Assembly (NCBI GenBank): GCA_973895155.1
Contig: OZ316892.1
Span: forward strand, 9,466,283-9,530,282
From: Marsupella aquatica
Lineage: Eukaryota; Plantae; Marchantiophyta
Length of the DNA: 64,000 nt
Direction of reading: 5' to 3'
The notes under the pieces were generated by a model. The model did no database searches, had not been told where the DNA came from, and saw only the letters and a program-made list of their open reading frames with translations. The position numbers and the translations under genes are program-made. Below, piece after piece: positions 22,401 to 34,604 of the stretch (positions within the stretch are counted from its first letter, which is position 1; each line of letters begins with the position of its first letter).

Positions 22401-23283
22401 TCTTGCATGAAGAACCTCCGAAACGGAACCTAAATACAGCGCACAAGGGAGGGGGGGAGAGTATCATCTCTAAACTATCCCCTTGCTACATTGATATCTA
22501 TCTCTTGAGTGCCACTTGTCAATTCTGGATTAGTTGTCCGAATACCGTTGGCATATCTTCGACGTTACGCGACCTAACGTTACCGTTGAATATGACCGTT
22601 AAAGAACAATTCGTTGAATTTAATATATATTCCTAGTTCAAATCTGATATTGGTCAATAGTAGCGCCATGCGCTACTCAAAATCATCAGAATTTAAACCA
22701 TAAAATTTCCCAAAGTTAGGTCAACATTCACCCTCAAGTTACAATAAAAATCCAAATGAATACAATTTTTGAATATTTTTCCATAAATGAATGTCATGAT
22801 TACCGTTTTGGATTAGCGCCCGACGCTAATATTAAATGGGCACATTTTGGTAATATTTTAGATAATATTAAAAAAATTAGCTACAAACATTTAGTATTTA
22901 TTCTGAAACCCCGGATAAAACATTCCATTTTTATACCATAATTTACGGTGTGTGTTTGAGTAGCGCCTACTCATATATTTCACCATTTTGGGTCCATGTT
23001 GAAGGTAGGATGTTTGAGTAGCGTCGGGCGCTACTCAATTAACATGATTTAATTAACATGATTATGCTCTTTGGAAATGGACATCTTAGGCTCATTAGTG
23101 TAAATGTCGTTGACATAACGACAAAAAACATTTATTGTGTCAGATGTGCTTTCGACCGGTAGTGTTTCTGTCGTATTATAACGGCTCTGACAAACGGATT
23201 ATTCACTATGAATACCATTGTGTACATTCGAAGACGTCATTCATTATTGTGAACTAAGTGTTTTTGGGTTGGATGATCTTAAA

Positions 23284-26200
23284 ATGTCAAGGTCAATCGT
23301 TCTGACGCGTCCGTCTACCGGTGACCTTGTATCCATTCCATTATCGGCCAATGACGTATACAAGCAAGTTAGTGAGAATTATCTCTGTGGGCGCTTTGGT
23401 TTGCATTTGAACGACATTGAGGACATTTTGGAGGAGGGAAATGGAGATGAAGCGTCTAATTTCACTGCTTCTTTTGATGTTGATGACGGGATTCGTTTTT
23501 GGCACCTGAATGCAGGAATTCGGTATTCTATTGTCATTCAAAAACCAGTCGCATCCGATCTCCCATCTTCATCCAAACCCTTTGTTGATGTTATCCTGCT
23601 TTCAGATAGCGACGATGATGGACCTGCTTTGCCTGAGCGTAGTGCTAAATCCCCTCACACCGTTGTTAAACAGGAGGTTACCCCTGTTAAACAAGAGGTT
23701 ACAGCAGTTTTTACCAAAAATTCCATTGTGTATCGGAGAAGTGCAATGGATACCATTCTCAAGTCAACTGGTTCCAGTGAAATCTTGAGGTTCATCGCGG
23801 CTGGGGACTTCTTCCATGAACAAGTTGACTGTTTGCCAAAGAAATACATTGATGGAAATATTGTATTCGAGTTGCCTCCTGCGACGGCAGCTCTTTCGAA
23901 GGGGTCACGTCTACGCGACATGGACCGGTCAAAGGATTGCTACATCTGGACCAGAATATTTCCTACATCAGCTAATGTTCATCCCAAGAAATATTGGGAA
24001 TTTGGTAAAGTAACGTGCACTGGTTCCATTGAGTGTAGGAATAATACGTGCGACTATTTTTAGTGGAAGAAATGGAGGAACCAGAAGGCCTGGGGTGGAA
24101 CCCCCAAACTTGGCGGGCAACATCGTGTTGGCTCCTTCATTGACGAAGGTGGAGTTGTTTGCCAATTTTGTGATCAAGTTCCATTTTGTGTCCAATCCTG
24201 TCGAGCAAGGTTATTTTACATGTACCCCCAGGTTCTAGTTGACTCAGAAACCAATACTCACATGTCCCGCTTGGCAATTCATATGGGGATCCACAACCAT
24301 CCTTCAAGAAAGGTGTTTTCTCGGAGCGCAGAGAAGATTGTTGAGGAGGTTATCAAAAAGAAATTGGAAGGAAATCCAATTTTCACCCCTGCTGGTGTAA
24401 AAAATGTGGCGACAAGGTCCTTTGTAAAGTCCTTGTGTGAAAGTATGGAAGATATTCAAGATATTGAAGAAACAGAGATATTTGAGTCTCTCATGGTAGT
24501 TTCCACACCCCAGAAGTTTGCGTCCCTCTTTCGTAGTGTTAGACAGGACCAGAAAGGTCGAGGTGAACTAGATTTTCTTGTTCGGTATCAAAGAAATATC
24601 AACATGCCTTTCCTCCAAAGGTACCTCCTACCAGGTCAAGGATCTCAAGAAGACCGTCCTCACATATTCAAGATGACTTCGATCGGCCATGGATCAGGCG
24701 TCGATCTTTTGAGACAAATGCAACCTGGTGGAAGTCTCAAAGGTGCTTGGGTAAGTTTTGATGTGATGAAACGGCTTACAAAAGACTGGGTTACTTTTAG
24801 TGCGCATATTTATGATCACAACTATCGCGCTCTATGTACCTTATTCACCTGCGAACTAAAAGCAGAGGATACAGAGTCGTTCAAGAAGGCTTGGAGACTA
24901 ATGATTGAGGTGTCCAAAGAGAATGGATTAGAAAATCCGATTATTCATGGATTCATGGCGGACAATGCTCAAGCTGGTTGGCTGGCAGTCCGAAATGTCT
25001 TTTTTGGAGGGCATCCAAACCCTGAGCATGAGCGAACTGACGCATTCCATTTCTACCAAGCCTTCCATCGCCATTCGATTGAAGGAGTGATTGAAGATAG
25101 TCAAGCAGAGCATCGTAGGCTTTGGGATAAGATGCGAAATGCCCCCACGTTTGTAGAGGCTTACAGAATTTCAAGGGAGATTGATTTGTGGTGGCAGTCG
25201 GGTAACTGTGTCCCCGGGAAGCTCCGGATGCTCCAGAGTTGGATTTCATGGTGGGTCGTCAGGTGGAGACAATGGGGAAATTTTATTCGTTTGGTAAGTT
25301 AGTTTACTTTGCTTTCCGCTCTTTAGGTATTGCAGTGCTATATTCTCATTTCAAAATGTTTGTATCCATATTCAAATATTACAATACCATAGCATCCTTT
25401 AATACTAGCGCCTGGCGCTATCATTTATTCAAACTGTCATATGACACAATAGGACGAAATAATTTGTCCCTTAATGTACAGTGCCAGTTTTGACTTCTAG
25501 GGACAGAGTCCACTTCACTAGCGCCCGACGCTAGTGTTTTCTTGTTCTGTAACAAACACTTTATTCTATGTGATTGCAGAACAAGAGTGTCAAAGAAGGG
25601 GCTAAGATTCCTAATTGTACAGGATCAGAGTCCGTGCACGCAGGTATGAAAGCATGGGTAATGAAGAAAAAGGTTGGGCTCTTTGAGGCATGTGAAATGG
25701 ACCAAAATCGAGCTATTTCTCAGGTTGCTGCTTACACTGCGTATCGGAAAGGGTTGCATAGAGGAAAAGGTCCCACAATTTGGGAACTCGCTTTCCGATC
25801 AGCGGACCAAGCAGGCTCCCCCAAGTTGTATGAAAACGCAATGAATATGCTACTGTCCAACGCTGCCAAGTTTGACTTGGAGAGACATGCACCTCTCAAT
25901 GGAGACGTTGTCACCAAGTCTTTGAAGAGGAAAGGACATGCATCTGGGAATATCTCACCACAAGACTCCCATAGGCATGATAAAATCCTTGTCACCTCGC
26001 CCAATACTAGATCGATGAAAAGGAAGAATCTTAATCGCACGGCGTTTGATGCTATCCCTGGCCCCATGCCTCAAGTTGATCCTGTTGTTAATTTGTCTGG
26101 AAGTGACATATCGGGCGGTGGAGAAGATGTTGATTTCAATACCCCTCCTGCTCGAGACCGAACGCGTTCAACGAGGCTTCCCCAGACTGCTCCCTCCGTG

Positions 26201-27106
26201 CTTCAGTAACCGTTACAAGAGTGTCCTGTCCGTGAGACGGAGGTTGCTCTAGCTGCATGGCAATTACGTCGAACTTCAAAATTTGGCGCTGGTCCTCAGT
26301 GCAACGGATCATTTTCCCGTAATTCTGAAAGAGATGAGTGTCGCAATCGCGTGAAAAAAGTTGGATTTCCCTCACCACATGGTGTTATCGGAATTGTTGT
26401 CAAAGGTCAACGGATTTTCAGGGGGGAACCCATAACCAAAATGATTTGGTTTTGCCCAAACAATACATGTTACAGAAGCCGCCCGCGTCGAGGTGTCTTG
26501 AATTTTCCCCCTTTCCCTCATGTTCTTCCCGTTTTGAAAGGGACAAATATTTCGAAGGACGAGCTGCAATATCTTCTTGACAACGGAATCTCCCTAGTGC
26601 GCGGAAATGAACTTACAACTAGACCCCCGTCAGATTTTGATCTTCGAATCAATGTCAATATCTTTATAGAACATGTGAATCTTCTCAAACCCAATGTTCG
26701 TCTCCGAAGCCGGAATGGGAGGAATATGGTTCCTCGGTCAAATCTTACCCAGGGTCACATGAACAGAATTGCGTTTGCAAAAAAACAGACGATGTATATT
26801 CAGGGAGAGTGGGATGTTGCGATTGGGAATGCATGGGGAAAACAGTTTAAAGTGCAAACGCACGAAAATATGCGGACGCCAAATTGTTACTTTGTTCAAA
26901 TTTGCATTTTCCCCACTTGCTCGTGTGAGGATTTCTACCGGCGACATTCCCGGAAACATCCATATATGCCTTGCAAACATTTGTATTGGATTTTCCTTAC
27001 CGTTTTCAAACTAGACGTTGAGGAATCTACATTGACCAGCCAACCAATTCTCATTGTTGGAGAGGTTTGGCTCATATTAGAGAGGCAAAATGCTCATCAT
27101 TTATAG
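23284..27106 (+). pseudogene. MULE-type DDE transposase with N-terminal WRKY/GCM-like Zn finger and C-terminal SWIM (exons about 23284-25293 and 25580-27106)
   Basis: Motifs CQFC..C...IHMGIHNHP, VSFDVMK (D1), FMADNAQAGWLAVRNVF (D2), DAFHFYQA (CxxH position), GSESVH (E) and SWIM CSCEDF..PCKH. Listed ORFs join in frame across stops at 24061 and 26207 and a GT-AG intron at 25294-25579. Confidence 0.8.
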
Positions 27107-27649
27107 CATGAATCATGATGATGTAGGTTGTATTATTGGTCAAAACGGTTATATTGATTTTGTCGTATGTCAACGGTATAGTGTTATTGATGTCGCGTCA
27201 TGTTTTGTTAGCGCCAGGCGCTGGTAAATTTTTCGTCTAGGCTACACCGTTAAATGTCATTGTGTTGTGATTTATGTTCTCAACGCCAACTATTTGTTTC
27301 CTTGAATAACGATAAGATAGCGCCACGCGCTAGTCAATCCGTTGTTCGCTTTTATTTTGGACCACATAATGACATAAAGTTTTGGGCTGCGTTGATTTTG
27401 TATTATTTTCATATATTTTGTTGCCGATTGTGGTGGGACCTACCATTTTGTGCGCATTCCTTAACATTTTTATGTATGCTCCCCCTTGTTTGTGTTGGGA
27501 TATAAGGTTCAATTATTATGTGGTTCAGCAATTCATTACAAGGTATCCTCCCTCACCGCAATGGACTAACTCCAACTTCAACAATTCTAAATTGCTGATT
27601 GTGTGTTCTTTCCCCTGGTACAAGATGTTTTTTCCTGGTAACAGCATAA

Positions 27650-27678
27650 GGCAAACAGGAAAAGTATTTCCTGTTTGC
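27650..27678. other. Subterminal hairpin of the MULE
   Basis: GCAAACAGGAAA-agta-TTTCCTGTTTGC, a perfect 12-bp stem about 20 nt from the right end. Confidence 0.8.
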
Positions 27679-28907
27679 TGTCTCCGTCGCTATACCCTTG
27701 AGGACAAGTGCCACTAGTTTTCAAGCATCTCATTGGCAAACGTCAGAGCCATTTACTTTCCCATCTCACTTGGAGCAATGTTTCTACGTTCCATACCCCT
27801 TAGACCCAGAGTGGTCACTTGTCATCACATATGTGCCACGGTCTCGTTCCATTGTTTCAGACAAGCCAGACACTATTTTTGTGTCAGATGTAGAGGACAT
27901 TGAAGGTGACCAAGTGTGAGAGACACTTATGGATATTTAAACCAAAAATCTATATCATGGATTGTTCATGTTGTTTCTTAATTAATATTTCATACACCAT
28001 TAGTGTGGTAGGTATTTTCATTTTGGACTCCTACTTTCAAAAGAGGTCATGCATATAAGTGACATGGGTACTCCCTCCCTTATCCCTCCTCCCTCTTTGA
28101 ACCCAAACTCTCCTTCCTCTTCCAAAAACTCCATAGCTTTTTCTCCTCCCTCCCTCTTCGCTAAAGTCTCTCCTATTTTTAGTAAACCCTCTTTGGACTC
28201 CCTTCTTCCTCTGTCCCTCATCCACCTTCCAACTCCCTTCCTCCCTCTTTCACCTTTCACCTCCCTCCCTCCTCCTCCCCCATTCAAACTCTAACCTAGA
28301 TGCACACACAAGTCTAACATAAACGTTTGCGAACTGTTTGCGAAACTAAACAAATCCCAACCAAATCGCAATTCTGCCATTTAAACCGTTTCTCAATTAT
28401 TCCATACTATACGCTTCACTATTTTGCGATATCCAGACCATCTCACCTTTACCATCCACATCGTTTCGCACATTTGCCATACAAACCCATCGCAAATTGT
28501 TTGAAGCTAACCTTTTCGCAAACATCCTCCAATACTAATTGTTTCGCATCATTAATGTTACCGTGGTTTCGGACTTTCAGCGCGGTCGCGGAGCCTTCGT
28601 AATGTGTTTTGTAATCTCTGTAGTTTCGCAAAATATTGTGATACAATAAAGTTCCCAAAATGTTTGCGATGCAAATCGCATGGAAGACCAAAGTTGCGAT
28701 ACCACAAGTATCGCAAATTGCGATGCGTATTGAGTCATCAACGGTTTGAAGCATCTGGAATCGCAAACGTGTGTCCGGACGCAAATGAGCTTCGCAAAAG
28801 GGCAAAATATGTTGTAGTGAATTTGCTCGTCATGCATATGCAAGTGCATTTGCTCAACTTTTCAATGTACATATTTTCTGAGTGAAAGCATGTGTGTGCA
28901 TTGCAGG

Positions 28908-31900
28908 CGGGGCCTCTGAGATGCGTAGGGAACGAAGGCATGCTAAGAAGCAGTTTGATAATGCTGCCAAAGTACAAAGGAATCAGGGAGATTTGCCCAA
29001 ACACATTAAAGTGAGTATTGTACTTTTTTTGAATGTAGATTTAGACATAGATCCTCTCTGTTATTGTGTGTATAAAACTTGGACTATGCATAAATTCCAG
29101 AGTTATGAATTGACATTGCATGTGAAATGCAGATTTATGACAATGATATTGATGATTCTGATCCCAACAAACAGTACTGGTTGGAGGAACTTCGTGGCAA
29201 TGTACTCAGAATCTTTGAAGTATCAAAGCCAAAATGGACTGATCATCCACGAGTTCATGTAACCAGTGTGTGGAAGAACATGGTAGCTGAGTGGGAGTAT
29301 GTGGGTGGGGAATTTATTGACAACAAATTCCAGAGTCATTGTCGTGGCATATTGAAGAGAGAGCGCCATAAAATGCATGTTTACTGGAAGAAAGTTTGCA
29401 ATGAGGATCCAACCAAACCTGGGCCATCTGGTGTTGATCCAAAGAAATGGGCAGCTTTGGTATCTCATTTCACCAGTCCAGCATTGATATCTTTGAGTAA
29501 ACAGATGACTGATAAAAGAGCACGAGTGCAAGATACCAGTCACTTTGGTAGAGGAGGGCATGCTGCAGCAGCAAAGAGAATGGTAAACTGTCTATATCAT
29601 TTTCACTATCAATTCTGTCTTGTTTGTGAATCTTGATGAAAATAGACTCTGAGTTTCTCATTCATTGTGTGTTTGAACAGAAGCAGAAGAGAGGATCAAG
29701 CCCAGGTATATCTGACCTGAAAGAAAACCTTGGTAGTCAGGGCTCATTGCCAAAGGTGACAATGAGCCCATCATTGGCAAGTGCAGAAGGTCAGACTGGT
29801 AGTTTTTTGGGAGCAAAGGTGAGCCCGTCATTGGCAAGTGGGGAGGGTAAAAGCCCTAGCTTATTGGGGCAAGGATACAGACATGGATCAGCTGTGAGTA
29901 TTGCCATTCCAATCTGATTTGTACATCATTTTCCATTTGATAGAGTGTTGTAACACGATTTCGGACCGACCGAGAAGTGTGTCGGAGTTCTCGTTTAGCC
30001 CGATCCTGTTTTTTTTCTAAGGCAATGCTATGACCGATAAAACTGGCAAAAACTCTCCGAAATGCCACTTTCCTCCATTGCATCGCCGCGGGAATGCAGG
30101 GAGCGATACGTGCATCGGGTTTTACATTCCGTCAGTGAAAAAGTACGAACTGCGAGTAACTTGGTCCGAACCGCGTAATCCAGGAACGACCACATACTAA
30201 CCCAGGTAAAGGGGAAACTTAACCATGGTTAAGGGGAAATTAACCATGGTTTAGAGCGTCTCCTATATAAAGAGGAGCGGGCTGCTCATAAAATGTTTGC
30301 TTTCGCTAGGGCAAATATCTCCTGACTGAGAGTGAATACCAAACTCCCATCGAGTCTTACATTCCTCCCAAGCGATTCGACTCTTTCTACCGAAAACCCA
30401 ATAAATTTATCGGAATAGCCATTCCTGTTCAAGTTCTCCATGTAAGACTAACTAGTCATTTAGTGTAAAATGTCCAGATCCGAGTGGACTGCGGTAAATT
30501 TATCGCATTCTGCATTTCTTTGTTGCAATCATTTGATCCAGTGTTTAGAGAGGTGTTGCCTTCATTCCGATAAATTTATCGGAGTCTTCATTCCTTTCAT
30601 GGAAAGAGGAGTAATTGAGAATCCGATAAATTTATCGGAGTTGTCATTTTTGTGATTGAATTCAGGGCTTAGGTATCTGAGGAAGTCATATTTTCAATTC
30701 GAATGCGGAGTGCGATAAACTTATCGCATCCTCCTGTGCAAAAAACTTATGGGCGATGGCCCTTTTATAGTGTCTGTTGAGGGGTTGGCCCATGTGTCCA
30801 CTTTTGATTGGCTGTCACCCTAAACGACAAAATAGCAGAAAAGGGTATATTTCTTGGATTTCCAATTTCATTCTCACACGTGCATCATGGCAAAATTATA
30901 TAGTTTTGAAATTGAAGCGATAAATTTATCTGATGTTGGTATTGCAAAAGTGGTTCCTTCATATGGAAGTTGCAATTTGAAATTGAAGCGATAAATTTAT
31001 CTGATGTTGGTATTGCAAAAGTGGTTCCTTCATATGGAAGTTGCAATTTTGAAATTGAAGCGATAAATTTATCTGATGTTGGTATTGCGAAGAGTTTTCT
31101 TCATATGGATAGGAATTTTGAAATTTAACCGATGAACCGAAGGATCTTAGTATTGTCGACTAGTATTTTTGTCGCCCGTAGTTTTTGCGATAATTTTATC
31201 GGACTGCGCATTGCTGTTGAAAGAATGGCATGTTGACTATGGTCACTTGTGGAGGTAACTGGTCAATTGCAGAGGTAACTGCAAGGTAAGTTTGACAAAC
31301 CGTGCAGTAATTCTTATCGACTGTGATGTAAAATATTTTTGGTAAATATCCAAAAACTGAGAAAACTGAGATTGGGTCGGAGCTTTCATGGCTCAAATCC
31401 GGAGTCCGATACAGTTATCGCACTTGGCTCGAAACATGGATATGGATTTATAGATAAGACCATTCATATATCTTCGGAGAGCGTGAATATGAGGTTGAGG
31501 AGAAAGTTTTTCGGATCTAATGGTTCCTTGATAATATGAATGTTTGTTAGCATGAATTTCATTGGTTTTGATCATTATTAAATTTGCTGTTTCAATCCGA
31601 ACTCCGATACGAATTACATTATTTCCCCAAAAATGTGTTTTTGATGAAAAAAACTGCCGATTTCGCGAGATTTGGCGGAAAATGAAAATACACTTCTCGT
31701 TTAGAGGAAATAGTTCTCGTTCGGTCCAAAATCGTGTTTTGTGTCGTTTGTTAGTTTGACAGTGAGAATGTTGTGTTGGTTTGTGCTTCATTTACAGACC
31801 CCACATTCAAAAGAAGAGATCACTGCCATTGGGGCTGTCAAATTGGATGTCGATGAGTTGAAAGGCACTGTGAAGGAGTTGACAAACATGATGACTATAT

Positions 31901-32858
31901 GGATGGCACATCACTCCAGTAATGCACAAGTTCCAACATTTGTTCCTAGTCACAATAAGTTGACTGCAGCTACCAAAGAAGGTAGTAGAAAACGATCTCT
32001 TACTTTTTCAGGTGATAATGGAGGTAAAATTCTCTATCATCTATTCACTGTCCATTCAATGTAATTATTGTGGTGTATATATGTCATTGTATGTTTATAA
32101 TGTTTTTGCATGTTCTAGTGTGATTATATGTTGGTGGTGTATACATGTTTGTTTATGCATTTCTCTTGTGTGTGTTTTATGACAGCATCTTTAGGGGAGC
32201 CTCCTGTATCGCAGGGAAGACCAACTGACACAGCTAACAATACTCTGAAGCAAATTGAATTGGAAGTGAACCTTTTGCCATCTAAGTTGCCCAAAGAAGC
32301 CATTTCAGATGCCTTTCAGTTACCAGAGGATAAGTCGACTCAGTTGACACCAAATGTAACCCCAGAATCATCTGAGTTGCCAAAAGAAACTCCTGTTCCA
32401 AGTGAGCATGATGACACTCCATCAACTAGAAAGGGAAAGAAGAAAAGGAAGAAAGGATCTTCAGCAAATGCATCACCTGCACAGAAGAAACCAATGCAGT
32501 CTCCTAACCCCATTGCAAAGGTAAATGTGTGTTTGATTTGAGTGTTCTTCTATCTTTCAATTTCTGTTTATTGCATTTTTAACAAAATGTGTCACAGTTT
32601 GCAAGAGGAGATTTGGTGAAGATGAAGAGCGTTGTGGACAATTCCATGATAGTGGCAGAAGGTGAGGTGATAGGGCTGCCAGGAGAAGATAAGTTTCATT
32701 GTGCAGATTTTGAAAGCCCTTTCTTGCGAGTGCGTGTGATTGAAGTGTTTGTAGATGTGGCATTGCCATTTGCCAATGTAGGGGAGAAACAGTCTGAATT
32801 ATCTGATGTGAAAGGGATGAATGCCCTATGGAACTCTAGATTGCTTAAGAAGCAATAG
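28908..32858 (+). CDS. TnpA-like gene of CACTA-0, downstream exons (about 28908-29010, 29133-29582, 29681-29893, 31798-32023, 32186-32520, 32598-32858)
   Basis: KWAALVSHFTSP...KRARVQDTSHFGRGG (Ptta/Transposase_24-like) and terminal IVAEGEV...LRVRVIEVFVDVALPF...ALW (Tnp1/En-Spm C-terminal-like); GT-AG boundaries. Confidence 0.7.
29952..31738. mobile_element. Non-autonomous TIR element (1787 bp) in an intron
   Basis: 27-bp TIRs AACACGATTTCGGACCGACCGAGAAGT and AGTTCTCGTTCGGTCCAAAATCGTGTT (3 mismatches); 4-bp TSD TTGT at 29948-29951 and 31739-31742. Confidence 0.85.
30904..31125. repeat. Tandem repeat, 71-72 bp unit x3, containing palindrome GATAAATTTATC
   Basis: GAAGCGATAAATTTATC recurs at 30914, 30985, 31057. 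Confidence 0.9.
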
Positions 32859-33937
32859 AAATAGCACTCTGTCAAAAAACACTAGACATGATAGAATCAG
32901 CTCTGTTTTTCTATAAAACATGCAGAGTGATTGGTATGTCAGGTTGTAACAATTGACAATCTAATATTATTGATGCCAATGTAATTTTGTTTCATAAATT
33001 TGCATTGAGTTCAATAGTTACTATGAGACTTATGAAGGTATCTTGTATGAATGTCAATTGGATTTGTGATATATATGGAATGTTTCTTTAAGTTTTCATT
33101 CAGCAAATCTATTGAATGGCTTCGTAATGTATGATTTTTGAATGACATGAAGTTTTATTTATCATGATCACTTAAATTTGAATTTCTCCAAATCATTGAC
33201 TATTTCACCTAAATGACTGGCTAGAATGACTGATGTAATGGTCATTATCCACTACTATCTTTGTGACCAATATGACTCAACTCTGGTCATTAAAGACATA
33301 GACTAAATGATTCAAAGAATGACATATACAATAACCGCTCTCATGGTCATTATAAACAAGTCCACTATGACTCATTTTATGTCATTCAAGACATGTCATT
33401 AATGACTAATATGTATCTTTATGTGTCTCCTCCTAATTGAACCACGTGTCTTAATATGACTTGTTTATATCGTAGTCATTTTGGACACGTCCAAAATGAC
33501 CCAAATATATTGTCAAATGGTGAATCCTCTTTGAACCATGTGTCACTATTTGATTTGTTTTATAATGTTATTTGTTTTTTGATTGCCACGTGTCATTGTG
33601 TGATTGGGTACGGGGACCGTCGACGGTCAACGGCAATTGACCGTCGATGGTGATTTGTGTCGTCATTTTGGACCGTTCAGCATTTATGACCATATCATAA
33701 AAACCGTCATTTAGGATAGTATGAAATGACCACATGATTTTAGCGTCATTTGTCCAAAAGGACCGTGACCAAAATGTCCGTTGTGACGCATCTGGAAAGA
33801 CAAGAATGATTGCGTCATTGTTTTGTTAAAAAGACCTGATTAACAGTCATTGTTTCCGTCATAAAATACATTGTTTTCTACTAGTGCTAGCAAGATTTAC
33901 AAAATAAAATGGAAATCATAATAATTTTACAACTCAC

Positions 33938-34171
33938 CATACGGGATGAAGAAGCTCCCGGTGTAAGACCTTGATGTTGGCCATATCGAGCAATGTGCTC
34001 CGCACATACATATGACTTTTGGACAACCATCCCCACACATTTTTTACAACCACAAAGTTGGCGTGGTGGACCACTAGGTCGACGTACGGTTGGTTCAGGC
34101 TGAGGAGGAGGACGACTTTCTTCATCGGAAGAGGAATCTGATGTGGTGGAAGTTGTAGAGGATGAAGACAT
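33938..34171 (-). CDS. Exon 1 (Zn-ribbon-like) of the SET/TnpD gene of CACTA-B
   Basis: MSSSSTTSTTSDSSSDEE...CGCKKC...HIARYG, homologous to 6876-7109. Confidence 0.8.
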
Positions 34172-34604
34172 CTGACAAGTATAGCAATTGGAAGGCGATT
34201 AGTAAAAACTTCACCAAAACCATCATTGATAATCCCTACCTAAACATATTAAAAAGAATTGACAGAAAAATACCTTTATGAGACCCGGGCTTAGCAATGC
34301 CTTGACGGATCTTGTGGCTCAAATTTCATGAACCAAATCTGGAAGAAGGAGGGGAAAATCTGCCAATATACAATGAATTAAGCCATGCCTTATGGTGAAC
34401 CAGAAAAAAGGATGATAGATTGTAACCCTCCATATTTACAGCAATGACTAGAAATGCATGAGAAAACGTTATACCTTTCAGATGCCCGGGCTCTCGCAAG
34501 GCATGATCATGCATTAGCCAAAACTTTAAAAAACATGGGGAAGTGCCCTACAACGCCAAAGAGTTTTCCACTCCATGTTAATGAGATAGAGAAAGAAATA
34601 TAAG

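Larger units (their letters stand above)
11433..27332. repeat. Dispersed 15-bp palindrome TAGCGCCNGGCGCTA, about 17 copies within the MULE
   Basis: Perfect copies at 11821, 20102, 21511, 25406. Variants at 11433, 11485, 11545, 12171, 12294, 13442, 20031, 22661, 22814, 23019, 25519, 27209, 27318. Confidence 0.92.
11275..27697 (+). mobile_element. MULE/Mutator-like element without recognisable TIRs, about 10.6 kb net of the copia insertion
   Basis: Flanked by direct repeat TTGAGGA at 11268-11274 and 27698-27704; removal restores the TnpD frame. Encodes a MULE-type DDE plus SWIM protein and a divergent second gene. Confidence 0.85.
8072..27919 (+). pseudogene. CACTA TnpD/Tnp2 transposase (Transposase_21, DUF4218, DUF4216-like); exons about 8072-9257, 9370-10831, 11003-11274 plus 27705-27919
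   Basis: Motifs IHACVNDCMLF, RHVRLGLASDG, SVWPV..NYNLPPW, DPMHIEGN, KTHDYH, GPVHCRWMYWLER. Internal stops at 8708 and 9137. Interrupted by the MULE after ESGFTRLR and resumes in frame with TSATSFQAS...EPFTFP. Confidence 0.92.
2820..28819 (+). mobile_element. CACTA-A: complete CACTA (En/Spm) element, about 9.6 kb net of nested insertions
   Basis: TIR CACTACAACA at 2820 and TGTTGTAGTG ending at 28819. 3-bp TSD AAT at 2817-2819 and 28820-28822. TTCGCA/TGCGAA subterminal repeats at 2840-3250 and 28325-28800. Internal TnpD gene. Confidence 0.93.
1303..33886 (+). mobile_element. CACTA-0: right part of a CACTA element, interrupted by CACTA-A and a non-autonomous TIR element
   Basis: TnpD C-terminus at about 1310-1700. 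TnpA-like exons at about 2240-2790 and 28908-32858. Dense GTCATT/AATGAC subterminal repeats at 33200-33870. Terminus TTTTCTACTAGTG at 33874-33886 (reverse complement CACTAGTAGAAAA). The left end is outside the window. Confidence 0.75.

Noticed and set aside
27650-27697. Helitron 3' end suggested by the subterminal hairpin
   Set aside because: No CTRR terminus, a 7-bp TSD is present, and no Rep/helicase motifs; the element encodes a MULE-type DDE protein
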